Shown here piece after piece: positions 1-14,039 of a DNA stretch of 64,000 nt (positions within the stretch are counted from its first letter, which is position 1; each line of letters opens with the position of its first letter). Below the pieces are notes generated by a model that saw only the letters and a program-made list of their open reading frames with translations, was not told where the DNA came from and searched no databases. The stretch is from the human T2T-CHM13v2.0 reference genome, Homo sapiens: assembly GCF_009914755.1 (NCBI RefSeq), contig NC_060929.1; one strand, written 5' to 3'. A program made the translations under genes and the position numbers.

Positions 1-1544
1 AAAACCTCTGTGGGACTCATCTTCAGGGCAGAGCTAACAGTTTTCTTTCTGGAAAAAAAAAAAAAAATCCCTCACCTGCAGGGAACTAGGCTGAGAATCG
101 TGCACATGCAGTAGTTTCCAAATCCGTGCAGTGTGAGATCATAAAGCACCGGATTTATATGCGGCAGTGTGTCTATCCGAATTTTCACTGATGTGACGCT
201 TTCAGTCTTTGACACAAAGACACAGAGCAGTCATTTTTGGCAGCGTTTCATAGCCGAAGACCCAGGATCAGAAAGGCAAAATAACTTGTTCAAGGTTATA
301 GAACTATTAACAAAGAACTTCTGTGTTCCCTGACCAGATTTTCTGGTTCAAATGCCAATAATTTTTTCTTCCAATCCTTTCTTCTGCCTCCTAAAATAGT
401 ATTGTAGTACATTGTGTGTTTGGCGCCATTGATTCCCACTAATAGATACTCTGTAATGGCTGAGATAAACTACTAGCTTAAGTTCGTTTTTCCATTTCAC
501 GTTTTGGCAGTAAGAAGTATATTTGATTCATAAAGAAGACCTACCTCTTTTGACAGAAATTGGTTCCATTTGCCAGAGAGAGAAGGTAGTGAAAAATAAT
601 TCAAGAATGTTTTGTCACAAATGGTCTCTGATGAACTAGTTTCCAGGAATGTCCTCTAACACTTAGCCCCTTCAGACTGGCTATTTTTGGTGGCAGAGTG
701 GCAGGCAGCAAGCACATTTTTAAAACAACAATCTCCAGGAACTTACCACGTTGAAGAAATGTGGTTGTCGATATGCTTTCATTTTTGGTCTTCACCTGTC
801 AGAATGACAACGCAAGTTTGTGTATTGCCACAGTCAAGATAATCATAAGCCTTATGATCATCATAAACCTTCTTCATAAGTTCTCGAGTTAAAGACTGTC
901 TAGATTTGTACAGAATCCCCTAAATAATTCCATTTATGACTAGTAAATTTCTACCAGGTGTGATAAAGTGCATCGGTACTCGAAGGACAGCATAAAAGCT
1001 ATGGGTTTTGTATAAACGGTGTAGAATAATTCAGACAGCGAAGCGGCATGGATAAAGGAGAAAAGGGCCACAAGGCTAGATGTGTCCTCTCAGTTAATTG
1101 TTTCTGAAAAATAAAAAAAAAAATACATTTGCTTGCTAAATTGGGTAGCCACGTAAGATTCCTTCCCGGTTTCAATGACCTCCAAAGCTGACCAGTCCCT
1201 GAAGGGAAACTTGCTCGTGATCTTCAGTTAACCCAATGCATTTTCAGTGGGTCCAGGAAAAACACCTTCTTTCTAACTTTGGCTACATCCTCTGTCATAA
1301 AATTATAAAATAATGGAATGCAGAAAGGATGAATTCCTCTCAGCTGCTGGCAACCAAGTGGAAGAGAGATGGAGACACAGACATCAGATAGAGCAGTGCG
1401 CCGGTGGCCACTGACAACCATCAGTAGCAAGGCGCATCTGCCAACTGAAAATGAATGAGGGGAAATGCAGGTTTATCAAATTTGAGCAAATATTGAAAGG
1501 ATGATCAAATCTTCATGATGCCAGTAAACCAGTTGTTCATTCAT

Positions 1545-2600
<1,056 letters not shown>

Positions 2601-3309
2601 AGACATGTCAGAAATTCCAGCATTTGTCAATTCTACCCTTAAGTTTGGTACCATTTTTCTGCCAATCTTTCTAGCTTTGCCTCCTGATTCTCTCATTGTT
2701 TTTGGTAACTGCTGGTTCTTCCACTCATATGGGCTTCCAAATCTAAGTCAGCCGGCCAGTCCTCTCTCCTTCCTTATTGGGTGCCTTGGTCCTCACCAAC
2801 TTATATTAACCTGGCTTTTCTCTGAGAACCTAGTATCTTCTCTGAAAGCTCACTAATACCTAAATTCTAGATACAAATACCATTCAATACTCGCTAAGTC
2901 CTACCAAAAATACTTATTTCAACCTCCCACAAAATGTTTTAAGACCTTCACAACAATAAAATAGTATATTAAGAGCATGTTTGATTTGTAGAGGATCATA
3001 TTGCATTTTTTTAAAGTAATGACCAAGCATTGTTTTCTTCCCTTAGTCGTCTCTGCCTTGAACCTTGGAAACAAGTGCTTTCAACATAAGCGATGTGAAG
3101 GCATTAAAACATGTTGAATGGCTGTGTGCACAGGATATCCTACACCTGCCTGACATCTGGAATGCAGGTGAAGCAACCTGACCTGATGGAGCCACCCACA
3201 CTTTAGAAGAATCTCAAATACAGCCAACCCTGATCTTCCTCAGCTGAAAATCATCCATCTACCAAACTCACAAATTAAACATAACGTAAATATTATTACG
3301 TTATGCCTT

Positions 3310-3465
3310 GTGTTGTGGTGTTAGGCATGCACAGATCTGGGTTTATCCCCTTGTGCTAGACAGTAAGTCACTTGGTTTGAGTCTGTCTGTTTCAATGACC
3401 CTTTTCTCTAAAGCATTTAGTTAACATGATGGCTGACATCAGCGAGAACTCAGTAAATGTGGATT
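3310..3465 (+). mobile_element. MIR fragment
   Basis: Degenerate MIR core and 3' end ('aaagcatttag...ctcagtaaatgt'). Confidence 0.4.
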
Positions 3466-4399
3466 AAATGAGAAAATTCAAAAGAATGATTACTTACCTT
3501 TTTAAAGTTATCAATGAATTCTATACAAATAACAACTTAAAGGTCACTATGTTTCCAGGAAGTTTGGGTGGAGAGCAGAGGATTGGTTTTCTAGACAGAG
3601 AACTTGTTAGACTGAAACAAATCTTTCTGTGGAAAGTGTTGGGTTGCTGGCCTGAATCCTGGCTGCTATAGGGTCCCTGCCTCTTTCTTGGGCCCCTGAC
3701 CTTAGAAGAATCTTCCTTCAGATAAGAAGAGGAGGCAGCTCCAAGTTTACGGCAAACCACCAGCCTCACACACCACTCCCAACCCACCCTTTTTCCAGAC
3801 TTTAAAACATCCCAGAAAAGGATCATGGTTGCTCCAGCCTGGACCATGAGCTGCTGAGCAGTCGCTGAAAATCCCTTCAACAAAATGACATAGCTGATGT
3901 GAGTAAATAGTAATTCCTTGAAGGAAGAGAAATTCTATTTCCAGGGGAATGACTGCTTGACAGATAAAAAGAGACACAAGTATCCCCACATCTTGGAATT
4001 TGACCTCTAGCCGCCACAATTGACTATATTTGTCATCACCTTCTTCTTGTCCAGCTGAACTCCTAAACCTGCCACCCCACCCCTAGCTAAGCTAATAACA
4101 TGAAACTGTGCCCCAAAAGATAGTGAATATTTACTGAAATGCAAAACCAAGAGTTATAAACTATAGCCACAGACAAGACTTCTTAAATGCAGGAAGTTTT
4201 GAATAAGTGGGCACAAGTTAATACAATCAAAGAAAAACAATATTTGATATTTTGGACATGAGCCCAATGTGCTGGCGTATATGTGTGTGTGAGTGGGCAG
4301 GTGGATGGGGGAAATCTCACTAATGATGGGTGTCATCAGGAAAGAAAATCCAAAAACAAAACTACCATTCATTTGTACAATTAACAATTAGAAAGTGAC

Positions 4400-4700
4400 A
4401 AATGTTTAATAATACACTTGGAGTGATACATGGTTGTACCTGACCTCAGAAAACTCATGGCACAACTAAGAAGACAGAGACATAGACATAAACATGTCAC
4501 ATAGCTTGAGTTCTAGTTGGAGGATTAAAAGTATTATACAAGTACAGAGATCTAAGAGTTCTGCAGAAGAAAGATGATGTTTTATAAGAAAGTTCCTCGG
4601 AGTGGGTCATTTGAGCTGGGATTTGAAGGCTAAATAGGAGTATGTCAGGTGTGCTTCATATCAGCAACTAACAAAATCAAAGAGACAGAGAAACTGCTGT
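4400..4700 (-). mobile_element. L2 fragment
   Basis: Antisense L2 3' motifs ('gtcatttgagctgggatttgaagg'). Confidence 0.45.
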
Positions 4701-4715
4701 AGTTGTTAAAGTGAC

Positions 4716-4947
<232 letters not shown>

Positions 4948-5699
4948 CTACCACATATTGAAATAATAGAAGACAAGCACCTTTTGCTGGAAAAGCATCA
5001 CTGCGGGAAGAATTCCTTCCATATAATTACCAAGAAGTCACTATTCCATCAAATGCAACCGAGAGCCACCGAAGTACCAAGAAATAAGCAAATCGGCCTC
5101 TAAAAGACCACCACAGCCCACCCCACACAATCACATAAAAATCCAGTTACTAATGCTTCCACTTTCCTCTCCAGTGAGACTGCTAGATATGCTTATATCT
5201 GACTTTAAATATAATCCTAATAAATATGCTCACCTGATCTTCCTGTCCACAGCAAATGGCAAATAACAAATCTGGAAATGTAAGCAGAGTAGCAGCATTA
5301 TGAAATAACAGCTAATATTCCTGCCCTGACCCCAAAGAAAGCAGAACCAATAGTTTTAAACCTCAGCAGGAAGCATTCATTTAAGAAGAAACAGCTCTAT
5401 ACACAGCTGAGTAGCCACTGGAGGTGTTATTTTGCTTTGTATCCTGATATTCATCAAGCATGTGAGTCTCCAAGAAAAGTTTAGACCTTGTTGATTAAAC
5501 AGTAAAGGATGATGAGAGGCTTATTCAGAAGATTCCCTTTCAGTATGGTTAATTGCAGATTTTTACCATGTAAAATAACCAGATTAAAAAGTCTTCTCAT
5601 ACCATACTCCCCTCCTTCCACCTCCAAGCTTTGGTGGGTGCACCTGTTAGGCCTTGCAGTGCCCCTGTGAGCATGCACCCTCACCACCCTCCTCCAGCT

Positions 5700-5830
5700 G
5701 ACCATAAGTCACTTGAGGGCAAGTCATTTATATTCATGTAACATTTATAGTTTGTCCCCAGTGCTTAGTTCAAATGCCTTGGCACATAATGGGTATTCAA
5801 AAAGGGTTTATATAATGGATAAAGGAAAAT
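5700..5830 (+). mobile_element. L2 3' terminus
   Basis: 'cttgagggcaag...tccccagtgcttag...ggcacataatgggtattcaaaa'. Confidence 0.55.
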
Positions 5831-5934
5831 GAAGTGATTGTAACACTTTTAAAGAAGATTTATATTAAAAATGAATGAGCTTCCCACTACACGAACACTT
5901 CTTTTGCACTCACCAATGAAAACTAAAATTGATT

Positions 5935-6162
5935 GATCATTTACTAGGTCAGGCACTGTTCCAAGCGTTTCACACATGTGAATTTAATCCTCACCACAGT
6001 GCTGTGAAGCAGGCACTATTATGTTCCCTATACCAAGGAGGACAGTGAGGCCCAGACAATGTGCTGTGCCCAGGCAGGCAGCCGGTAAATGACAGAGGCT
6101 GCCTGCACACTCTGGCAGGCTGGCTCCCAAGCCCATGCCCTATCCACTCTGTCATATACCTC
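5935..6162 (-). mobile_element. MIR SINE
   Basis: 'caggcactgttccaagcgtttcacac...tttaatcctcaccacag...acagtgaggcccaga' is an antisense MIR. Confidence 0.8.
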
Positions 6163-6269
6163 CAGTGTTATATTATTCATAGAAGACCAAAAAAAGAAAC
6201 CTATGCGACTCACTGCTGCTAAAAGGGGTTGAGAACGTCAGTGTAGCTTCCCCGGTTTACAAAAAAATC

Positions 6270-6375
6270 TTAGTGGTTGCACAACGTTGTGAATGTATGT
6301 AATGCCACTAAGTTGTACACTTAAAATAGTTACAATGGTCATTTTCATGTTATGTATATTTTACCACAATAAAAC
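6270..6375 (+). mobile_element. L1MB-type 3' UTR end
   Basis: 'ggttgcacaacgttgtgaatgta...aatgccact..ttgtacacttaaaatagtt...gtatattttaccacaataaaa'. Confidence 0.8.
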
Positions 6376-7290
6376 ATTTCTTTTTAAATCCTGCAGTGTA
6401 TTTCTGTAATGCTATATCCAGGCCCTCCCTGCGTGAGTGACTGGCGTATGAGGAGCACCTAGAGTCTAGGTTCCTAGGCACCTCCTGAAGCTTCTTTGTA
6501 TTTGCCTTCCATGAGAACTACGTTTCCAGCACTAGAGCCATTTTTTAGGTTGAAAGTGTTACAGTGGGGCTCGCCCTCCCTCATTTTCCACCTGAGTCCC
6601 AATATGATCGCCTGGATTCTGGAGTGTGTGTGAAGCCAATGACCACTCCCATATGCAGAATTTACCAAATCGCACACCTAGACTTGATGCTGCAACCCTG
6701 GAATTCACTCCCCCATCATTAGAAAGGCAGGATTGAAGGAAATGTTTCTTTATACAGAGATGTTGGCACTAGAAACGAAGCCATCGAGAGGCAGGGGTTT
6801 GTATTCCCAGCACCTGCAACCAGGATCGTCTAGACACAGCAGATTCTGAATAAATGTGTGTGGAGGGAATCATGGATATGCATCTGCTCTTCTCCCTGCT
6901 TTGGAGGAAAGCTGCTTTTCTCGCCCCAAACCTTACCAGTGGAGCTTTGTGGGGACCCCCTCCATTCAGGGAGCCTCTTGGCAATTTGGACACACAAAGG
7001 GCTAGCTGGTGACTGACTGACACTTGACAGATGTGAGGTAGATGGTGAACTGGGTCTACTCCTGCCCGGGAAATCCTGAGGGCCACAGGCATTGGTGCTA
7101 GAGGCGAGAGCCTGCTGCCGTCTTGTATCTGCCTCCCCTTTCGGTTTGCACATCAAAGGATCCTGACTATTGATCATCACTCAAACATGAGCCATGCAGG
7201 AGAGTGAGTCAGTAGGGTGTCCTCTTGGCTGCCGCCCAGCTGGGTCCTTTGTTAGAGCAAGTAAACTCCAACAGTAAGAATGTAGACATG

Positions 7291-7658
<368 letters not shown>

Positions 7659-8004
7659 TCAAGGGAGCAATCAGCCAAGCAGAGAACCTCCAGAGAACTC
7701 AAAAAAGTAGGAAGGAGTCAGCTTAGATGAGTCACACTAGGGTACCCCCAGCTCTAAGCACACATCAGGCCTAGAAGGACAAACTCATAAAACAAGTGAG
7801 AGCTGCTGTCTATCCTCACCTCTTCTCTCTTCTCTCCCACTTTGAGTCAGGGCACTGTCTGGGTCATGAGAGAGCTGGGTCTTGGGTGAAGAGGGGAGCA
7901 GGGAGAGAGCTGAATGCAGCGGACCCCACCTCCCCTTCCACATGCAAACTTCCTTCTGGCAGTGTACCCACTCAAGAGGGTAGAGGACAGCTTGGGTAAA
8001 TGGG

Positions 8005-8087
8005 TTTGAATTTTGTATATACTCATTTGAATTTGAATTCTATATACTATATATTCATTTAAATTCTATATACTCATTCGAATTTTC
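8005..8087. repeat. Short degenerate tandem repeat (about 3 copies of gaattctatatactcattt)
   Basis: 'tatatactcatttgaatt' variants repeated directly. Confidence 0.6.
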
Positions 8088-8353
8088 CTGAACTAAGACA
8101 GTGCAAATAAAAATAACTGTAGGGCAATTACCTGAAAACAAGCAGAGAAACTGTGAGGCCTGTCCACGTCTTCATCCAGGGTGTAAACCACTCACCAACC
8201 CTGCCCTAGTGTTCAGGGGAAGTGAAACATGAATGTGTTCATCACAATCCATACCTAGAACTCTGCAGGCATTTTTTTGCCTTACGTGCCAGCTACATTT
8301 ACAAAAAAAATAATAATAATTTTCTAGAAGATAGACAAGTTGATATGGGGTCT

Positions 8354-9340
8354 TGTAGGGGAAAATAGGGTTTCTTTCTCACCCATGACTAAGTTTATGG
8401 CCAAGACCCCTATAACAAAAGACAGGCTAACAAGAGAAAAACACACAAATGTATTTAATATAAGTTTTACATGGCATGGGAACCTTTAGAATAAAGGCCT
8501 AAAGAAACATGGGAAACTGTGTTTTATGCTTAGGTTGGATGAAGAGGTGGATAGTTGTGGAGAAGTATGATTGGACAAAGTGCGTAGATCTAATGTTAAT
8601 AGACTCAGGGAATTTAGCAAGGCCTGTTTCTTTAGATTCTCCTCTGCCTTCCTGTGTCTTCAGAGATAAGGCTACTCCTGTGAATAGTGCCACAAGAAAC
8701 AAAAGACTTGGAACCAACCCAAATATCCATCAGTGATAGACTGGATTAAGAAAATGTGGCACATATACACCATGGAATACTATGCAGCCATAAAAAAGGA
8801 TGAGTTCGTGTCCTTTGTAGGGACATGGATGAAGCTGGAAACCATCATTCTGAGCAAACTATCACAAGGACAAAAAACCAAACACCGCATGTTCTCACTC
8901 ATAGGTGGGAATTGAACAATGAGAACACTTGGACACGGGAAGGGGAACATCACACACCAGGGCCTCTCGTGGGGTGGGGGGAGGGGGGAGGGATAGCATT
9001 AGGAGATATACCTAATGCAAATGACGAGTTAATGGGTGAAGCACACCAACATGGCACATGTATACATGTGTAACAAACCTGCACGTTGTGCACATGTACC
9101 CTAGAACTTAAAGTATTATATATATATAAAAGAGAGATAAGGCTGCTCCTTTCATCTGGGTGTAGGGAGAGCACTTCTCACATGAGAGTCTTATGACCTT
9201 CTTTAGAGGAAACTGAAGAATTATTTTATGGGCTGCTTCTGGGGAGAAGGTTGGGAGAAGGACAGAGACCTTCCTGCTTCTGCTGTTTTCTGAAATGCCA
9301 AGGTGCCATAGTTTGGGGTAGGGTATCCTGAACCCCATCA
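8354..9340 (-). mobile_element. ERV1-class solo LTR (MER34/MER39-like), interrupted by an L1PA 3' end
   Basis: TG...CA ends; 4-bp TSD gtct at 8350-8353 and 9341-9344; clearly homologous to 12660-13506 and 26895-27399. Subfamily name recalled, not searched. Confidence 0.8.
8680..9132 (+). mobile_element. 5'-truncated L1PA (PA4/PA5-like) 3' end with a 21-bp 5' inversion
   Basis: ORF2 C-terminus (WIKKMWHIYTMEYYAAIKKDEF), G-rich 3' UTR, 18-bp TSD agagataaggct(a/g)ctcct at 8662-8679 and 9133-9150. Confidence 0.95.
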
Positions 9341-9529
9341 GTCTGTATTACCACCTGCACATGCTCACCCAGAAGGGAAGCCAGGGTTTGAGCACTGAGA
9401 CACAGGACCCTGTAATTGGATGCCAGTACCCAAGGGGCGATGACAATAGTGTACTAAAACCTCTAAACCAGAATACGTTAAATTTTAAAAGACTTGCAGG
9501 AGTGGATGAAACAACAAAAAAAGAATAAG

Positions 9530-9605
9530 CAGAGATGGTTTGTGGCCTCCAAAGTGTAAAATATTTACTATCTGGCTTTTTACAGAAAAGGTTTGCTGGC
9601 CCCTG
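9530..9605 (-). mobile_element. MER58-family hAT-Charlie terminal fragment
   Basis: 'aaatatttactatctggctttttacagaaaaggtttgctggcccctg' is the reverse complement of the MER58 terminus. Confidence 0.75.
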
Positions 9606-10199
9606 TTTTAAACAGCCCTGCAAGATGTATATTAGTGTCCCTAGGTTACAAAGGAGGAATCTGAGACTCAGGGAGATTAACATGCCTCACAAAGGAAAAT
9701 ATTCCATTTCTGAGCCAACCTAGCAAAAGGAGGTATAATTAAGACCCAAGAGAGCTAAGCGGTAGGAGAAGGACCAGAACCAAAGGGGAAGGAGAGTCAA
9801 GAAGGCTTCAGAGGTCAGCTTGGCTTTCATCCACATTTTCCCTTTCTACCCCTGAATAACAGGGAAAGCTAGGATGGAAAGAGGTGGCAGTGGGGAGAAG
9901 GGGTTCCATACCTGACCTTTTGAGATTGATAGCATGAAATATCATAGCTCTACCCTTTCAACATTGTCTTTGGATGGCCCTGGCAGACAGAAATAACAGG
10001 AGAGGTGAGCCATTGACTTGAGAAACTAATATTTCCTAGGCTTTTACCTGTGTACTGTCTGAAAACAATACCCTACTGTAAAAGGCCTGTTCAGCTTCAT
10101 GTTTTAGGCAATAATTTTTTATAAGTAATGATGGAAAACGATAATATAACCTAAAGCTCATCCAAACTCTGTGCTTCCTATATGGTAGTGGCTTTGCTC

Positions 10200-10360
10200 A
10201 CTTTTACCCCATCACTCCCAGCGGACATTTCACCATGTCTGGAGACATTTTTGGTTGTCACAATTAGTGGGACGGTTCTTCTGACATCAAGATGGGTAGA
10301 GGCCAGGGATGCTGTTAAACATCCTGAAATGCACAGAAAGCCCAAGGTAGAGAAACTCCA
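10200..10360 (+). mobile_element. MER20 (hAT-Charlie)
   Basis: 'atgtctggagacatttttggttgtcacaa...gggtagaggccagggatgctgttaaacatcct..aatgcacag'. Confidence 0.85.
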
Positions 10361-11075
10361 CCCTGAATAACAGCAAAACTCTTACCAAGATATGAGTACA
10401 GGAGAAATAGTTAAAATTTTTTTAAAATACCATGAAAGGGGTAAACTACACAAAGAAGATTATTCTGAAAAAGAAAAGTTTCAGAAGAAGTGAAAAAAAT
10501 GTAGCAATGAGAATTTGAATATTTTTTAACTTGATAGAAGTAGAAACAATTAAGAAGTAAGGACAGTGCCCAAAACTAATTGGACAGGCTATGCATAATA
10601 CAAGAACATAATATTAAAAGCTAACTAATATGAAATAGGCTAAAAGTAATGCATATGCAAGAGATAAGCCATCACAAACTGGTGACAGTCACTTTCTTTG
10701 AGCTTATTTTTCATTTTCTTTAATGCTCTATGAACAGACTTCCCACTGATTTTAAAGGATATTTTGGTTTTGAAACTAGCTTTATGAAAGCTAAAAATTA
10801 GACTTTAAACATTATGAACCCCTAGTCATTTAGATTTAGTAACTCCTAGGATATAGGGACAGGCATATATAATTTATGCTGAAATCCATGTATTAAAAAA
10901 ATGAAACTTTTCATGATAGCGATGGGAATGATGCCTGCATTTTTAGGAGAGGTGACGGTGAAAAGAACAAATTTGAATTATATAGGAAAATGTGATCCTA
11001 ATCAAGGAAGTTTAAAACCAAAAATACATGCAGAAGAAATTCCCAATAGTCAAAGAGGTCATGGATAGTAACTCT

Positions 11076-11272
11076 TGACAAAGATTCTTTGCTTGACCAA
11101 ACTTTAATCAGGCTGCTGAAACTTCTCCTATGCCCATCTGTGCACTTCCTTGTAAAATCCATTTTTAACAACAACAACAAAAAAACCCTGCTAAGTCAGT
11201 TCAGTGAGAACCTGCTTTGGATATCTGATCACTTCCATGTCTGATCAGGTTCCTCATCTTCCACCCCCTCCC
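11076..11272 (+). mobile_element. Partial MER31-like ERV1 LTR
   Basis: 'tgacaaagattctttgcttgaccaaacttt...cccatctgtgcacttccttgtaaaatcc...atatctgatcac'. Confidence 0.75.
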
Positions 11273-12088
11273 AAGGCCAAGCAGTAGTAAACTGCCGAGA
11301 AGTTATAACTGCATTAACAAATAGAAACAGTCAAATTTAAAAACAAGCTGCAATTACTCTTTTGAAACACCAAAATGAATAAATAAATAAAAAAGAGTCC
11401 TCCTTTTCAGACGGTTCCCTTTTTAATGCCATTATAGCATTTATAGTGTCATTACTGTTGTTCCTCAGGACTCGGACTGTCTTTGCTCATCACCCCTTTG
11501 TTTATGACATAACAAATTCTATGCCCTTAACTTCCACATTTGTTTCATTACACCTCACCACTTCATCTCCTCTTGCACTATTGGAATCTGTGCTTTTTAA
11601 TGTGCTACAATTGGCTTCACCCTGACCTTTGAATTTCTCAGCATCTGGTAGCTGTACTTGCTGAGATGTATCTTTGCTCTTGGCTTCCCCCAAAATGTAG
11701 AGGTATCTGAAGCTGGGCTCTTGTAGACATCTGGCCTTGGGATGACAAAGAGGGTATTTTTAGGTTTCCTAATGGTGATTGTAGTAACCTCTATAACGGC
11801 TCAATGACCTAATTTGGACATGGTCTACCACTCCATCTTGTTTCACTTTCTCAGCTGATTCTTCATCTGCTTTCATTGCTGCTGCTGGCGGGGCTCACTG
11901 TGTGGAGTCCTGTGCCCTCCGCTCTGCTACTGATTCAGCGATGTCAGATTCTGTTTCCCACCTTGTCTTGGCCTGGGCTGTAGCAACTCCTGCTCTGTGG
12001 CAGGGGCAGTTTCTATGGCTTCACAGGGCATTTTGTGAGAGGGACTGTAGAATCAAGATGTCTTCAAAATACCTTGGGTATCATCCTC

Positions 12089-12255
12089 TTTTTTGGTTTT
12101 GGTTTTTGTTTTTTGAGAAAGGGTCACATTCTGCAGGCTGGAGTGCAGTGATGTTATCATAATTCGATGCAGCCTCAAACTTCTGGCCTCAAGTGATCCT
12201 CCTGCCTTGGCCTCCCAAAGTGCTGGGATTACAGACATGAGTCACTGCATCAGGC
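12089..12255 (-). mobile_element. Old Alu monomer (AluJ/FAM/FRAM-like)
   Basis: T-rich tail and a single Alu arm of about 140 bp. Confidence 0.85.
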
Positions 12256-12269
12256 TGAATACTATCTTT

Positions 12270-12655
12270 TTTAAAGCTGCAAAGTTGTCCATATTATGAA
12301 TATATCTTAATTTAGGTACATCCAAAATAATTTAGGTTCTGCCCATTGTTTCTTACAGGATGTTTCTACTTATATATCTGAGTGTGACTATTTTCATACA
12401 AAAGGTTTCTAGAAGTGGAAATCTAAAGCAAAAGATGGGTGGTATGGTTTAAATTTTGATAGATGCTGGCCAATTGCATTGCAAACATTTTTATTAATTT
12501 GTCTTTCACCTAGAATTTTTTTTCCTCCACTTTCAACAGAACAGGATATAATCAATCGTTTGAATTTTTGAAAATCTAATGTGGGCAGGAAGGCATATAA
12601 ATAGGGTCTTTTTGTTTTAATTTGCATAACCCTGATGACCAGTAAGGTTTTCTAC
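12270..12655 (-). mobile_element. Ancient L1ME-type ORF2 3' fragment (resumes at about 13507-13730 and after about 21945)
   Basis: Antisense L1 motifs ('aatttgcataaccctgatgaccagtaaggtt'; the track peptide starts MQIKTKR). Confidence 0.55.
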
Positions 12656-12659
12656 TTTC

Positions 12660-13506
12660 TGTAGGGGAGATAAAGTTGTATATTCTCCTAACCATTTTAA
12701 GGCTCATGGCTGAAACCTGTGTAATAAAAGACAGATAAATAAGAGGAAAGCATAGCAAATTTATTTGATAAAAGTTTTATGTGACATGAGAGCTTTCAGA
12801 AATGAAGGCCCAAAGACCCAGGGGAAGTGTATTTTTCTGGAAAGTTGTGCAGAAGTATGATTGGAAGTCAAATGGAAATAAATGGGAAACTTAGCAAGGC
12901 CTATTTGTTCAGATTCTATTTGGCCTCTCCACTTCCCTCCAGTATGGGGCAGAAAACCCCCTCAAGAATCAGGGTCTTATGATTTATTTTCAGTGGAAGA
13001 AGGTCAGAGAATTCTTTTATGGCCAGCTTTCAGGGGAGAAAGGTGGGAGAAAGTCAGAGCGTGACTGTCTTAGTTTATTTGTGCTGTTATAACAAAATAT
13101 CTAGGTAATTTACAAAGAACAGAAATGTATTTTCTTACAGTTCCGGAGGCTGGTAAGTCCCAGGTTAAGACTCCAGCAAGTTCAGTGTCTGGTGAAGGCC
13201 TATAACTCACAGATGGCCCTGTCTAGGTGCCCTCACGTGGCGGAAGAAATGGAAGGGGAATACATGATGGAAGAGAGGAAGAGAGTGACCTCATTTCTTC
13301 AAGCTCTTTTATAAGAACCCTAATTCCATCCAAGACTTAATCACCTCCTAAAGGCCCCACCTCTTAATACTATCCCAGTGGCCATTAAATATCAACATGT
13401 GAATTTGGGAGGACACATTCAGACCATAGCAGTTACCTTCCTGCCTCTGCTGTTTTCTTAATTTCCAAGGTGCCATATTTGAAGCAGCACTTCCTGCACC
13501 CCATCA
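12660..13506 (-). mobile_element. ERV1-class solo LTR (MER34/MER39-like), interrupted by a MaLR LTR
   Basis: TG...CA ends; TSD tttc on both sides; homologous to 8354-9340. Confidence 0.8.
13066..13431 (-). mobile_element. MaLR solo LTR (MLT1A/MSTC-D-like)
   Basis: 'tgtcttagttt...cattcagaccatagca'; 5-bp TSD gtgac / gttac. Confidence 0.85.
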
Positions 13507-13732
13507 TTTCCATCTGTTTGTTACTTATTTTTTCCCTTTTCTGTGAATAGCCTATTTACATTTTTTCAGGGCGCTTTGTCTAGGTTGGATACTAATCTTT
13601 AATGCTATTTATATAGCAAGTATTTTTTTGCTGTCTCTCTTTGTGAAATAATTTCAGTTATTTCAGTTTTTATCTCATCTTGATTTAATACTGATTATTT
13701 GTATTTTATTAGAAAGTTGGCTTTCTGTTTGC

Positions 13733-13890
13733 TTTTCTTTTTTTGAAACAGGGTCTCACTCTGTTGCTCAGGCTAGATTGCAGTGGCATGATCAAGGTTC
13801 ACTGAAGCCTTTACCTCCCAGGCTCAATTGATCCTCCTACCTCAGCCTCCCAAGTAGCTGGGACTCTACAGGCAAGCACCACCATGCTTG
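13733..13890 (-). mobile_element. AluJ right arm
   Basis: T tail, then 'gaaacagggtctcactctgttgctcaggct...cctcagcctcccaagtagctgggact'. Confidence 0.9.
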
Positions 13891-14039
13891 TGATGTTGTC
13901 ACACACACACAAAGTAACTATGTGAGATGATAGATATGGTCATTTGCTTTACTAAAGGAACCCTTTTACTATCTATATGTATCACATGACATCATGTTGT
14001 AAAGCTCAAATACACACAATAAAATTTATTTTTTAAAAA
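13891..14039 (+). mobile_element. L1MA-type 3' end
   Basis: 'aagtaactatgtgagatgatagatatg...acatcatgttgta...aatacacacaataaaattt'. Confidence 0.75.

Noticed and set aside
8354-13506. The two minus-strand ERV1 LTRs as the ends of one provirus
   Set aside because: Each has its own distinct TSD, and the intervening DNA is not gag/pol/env.
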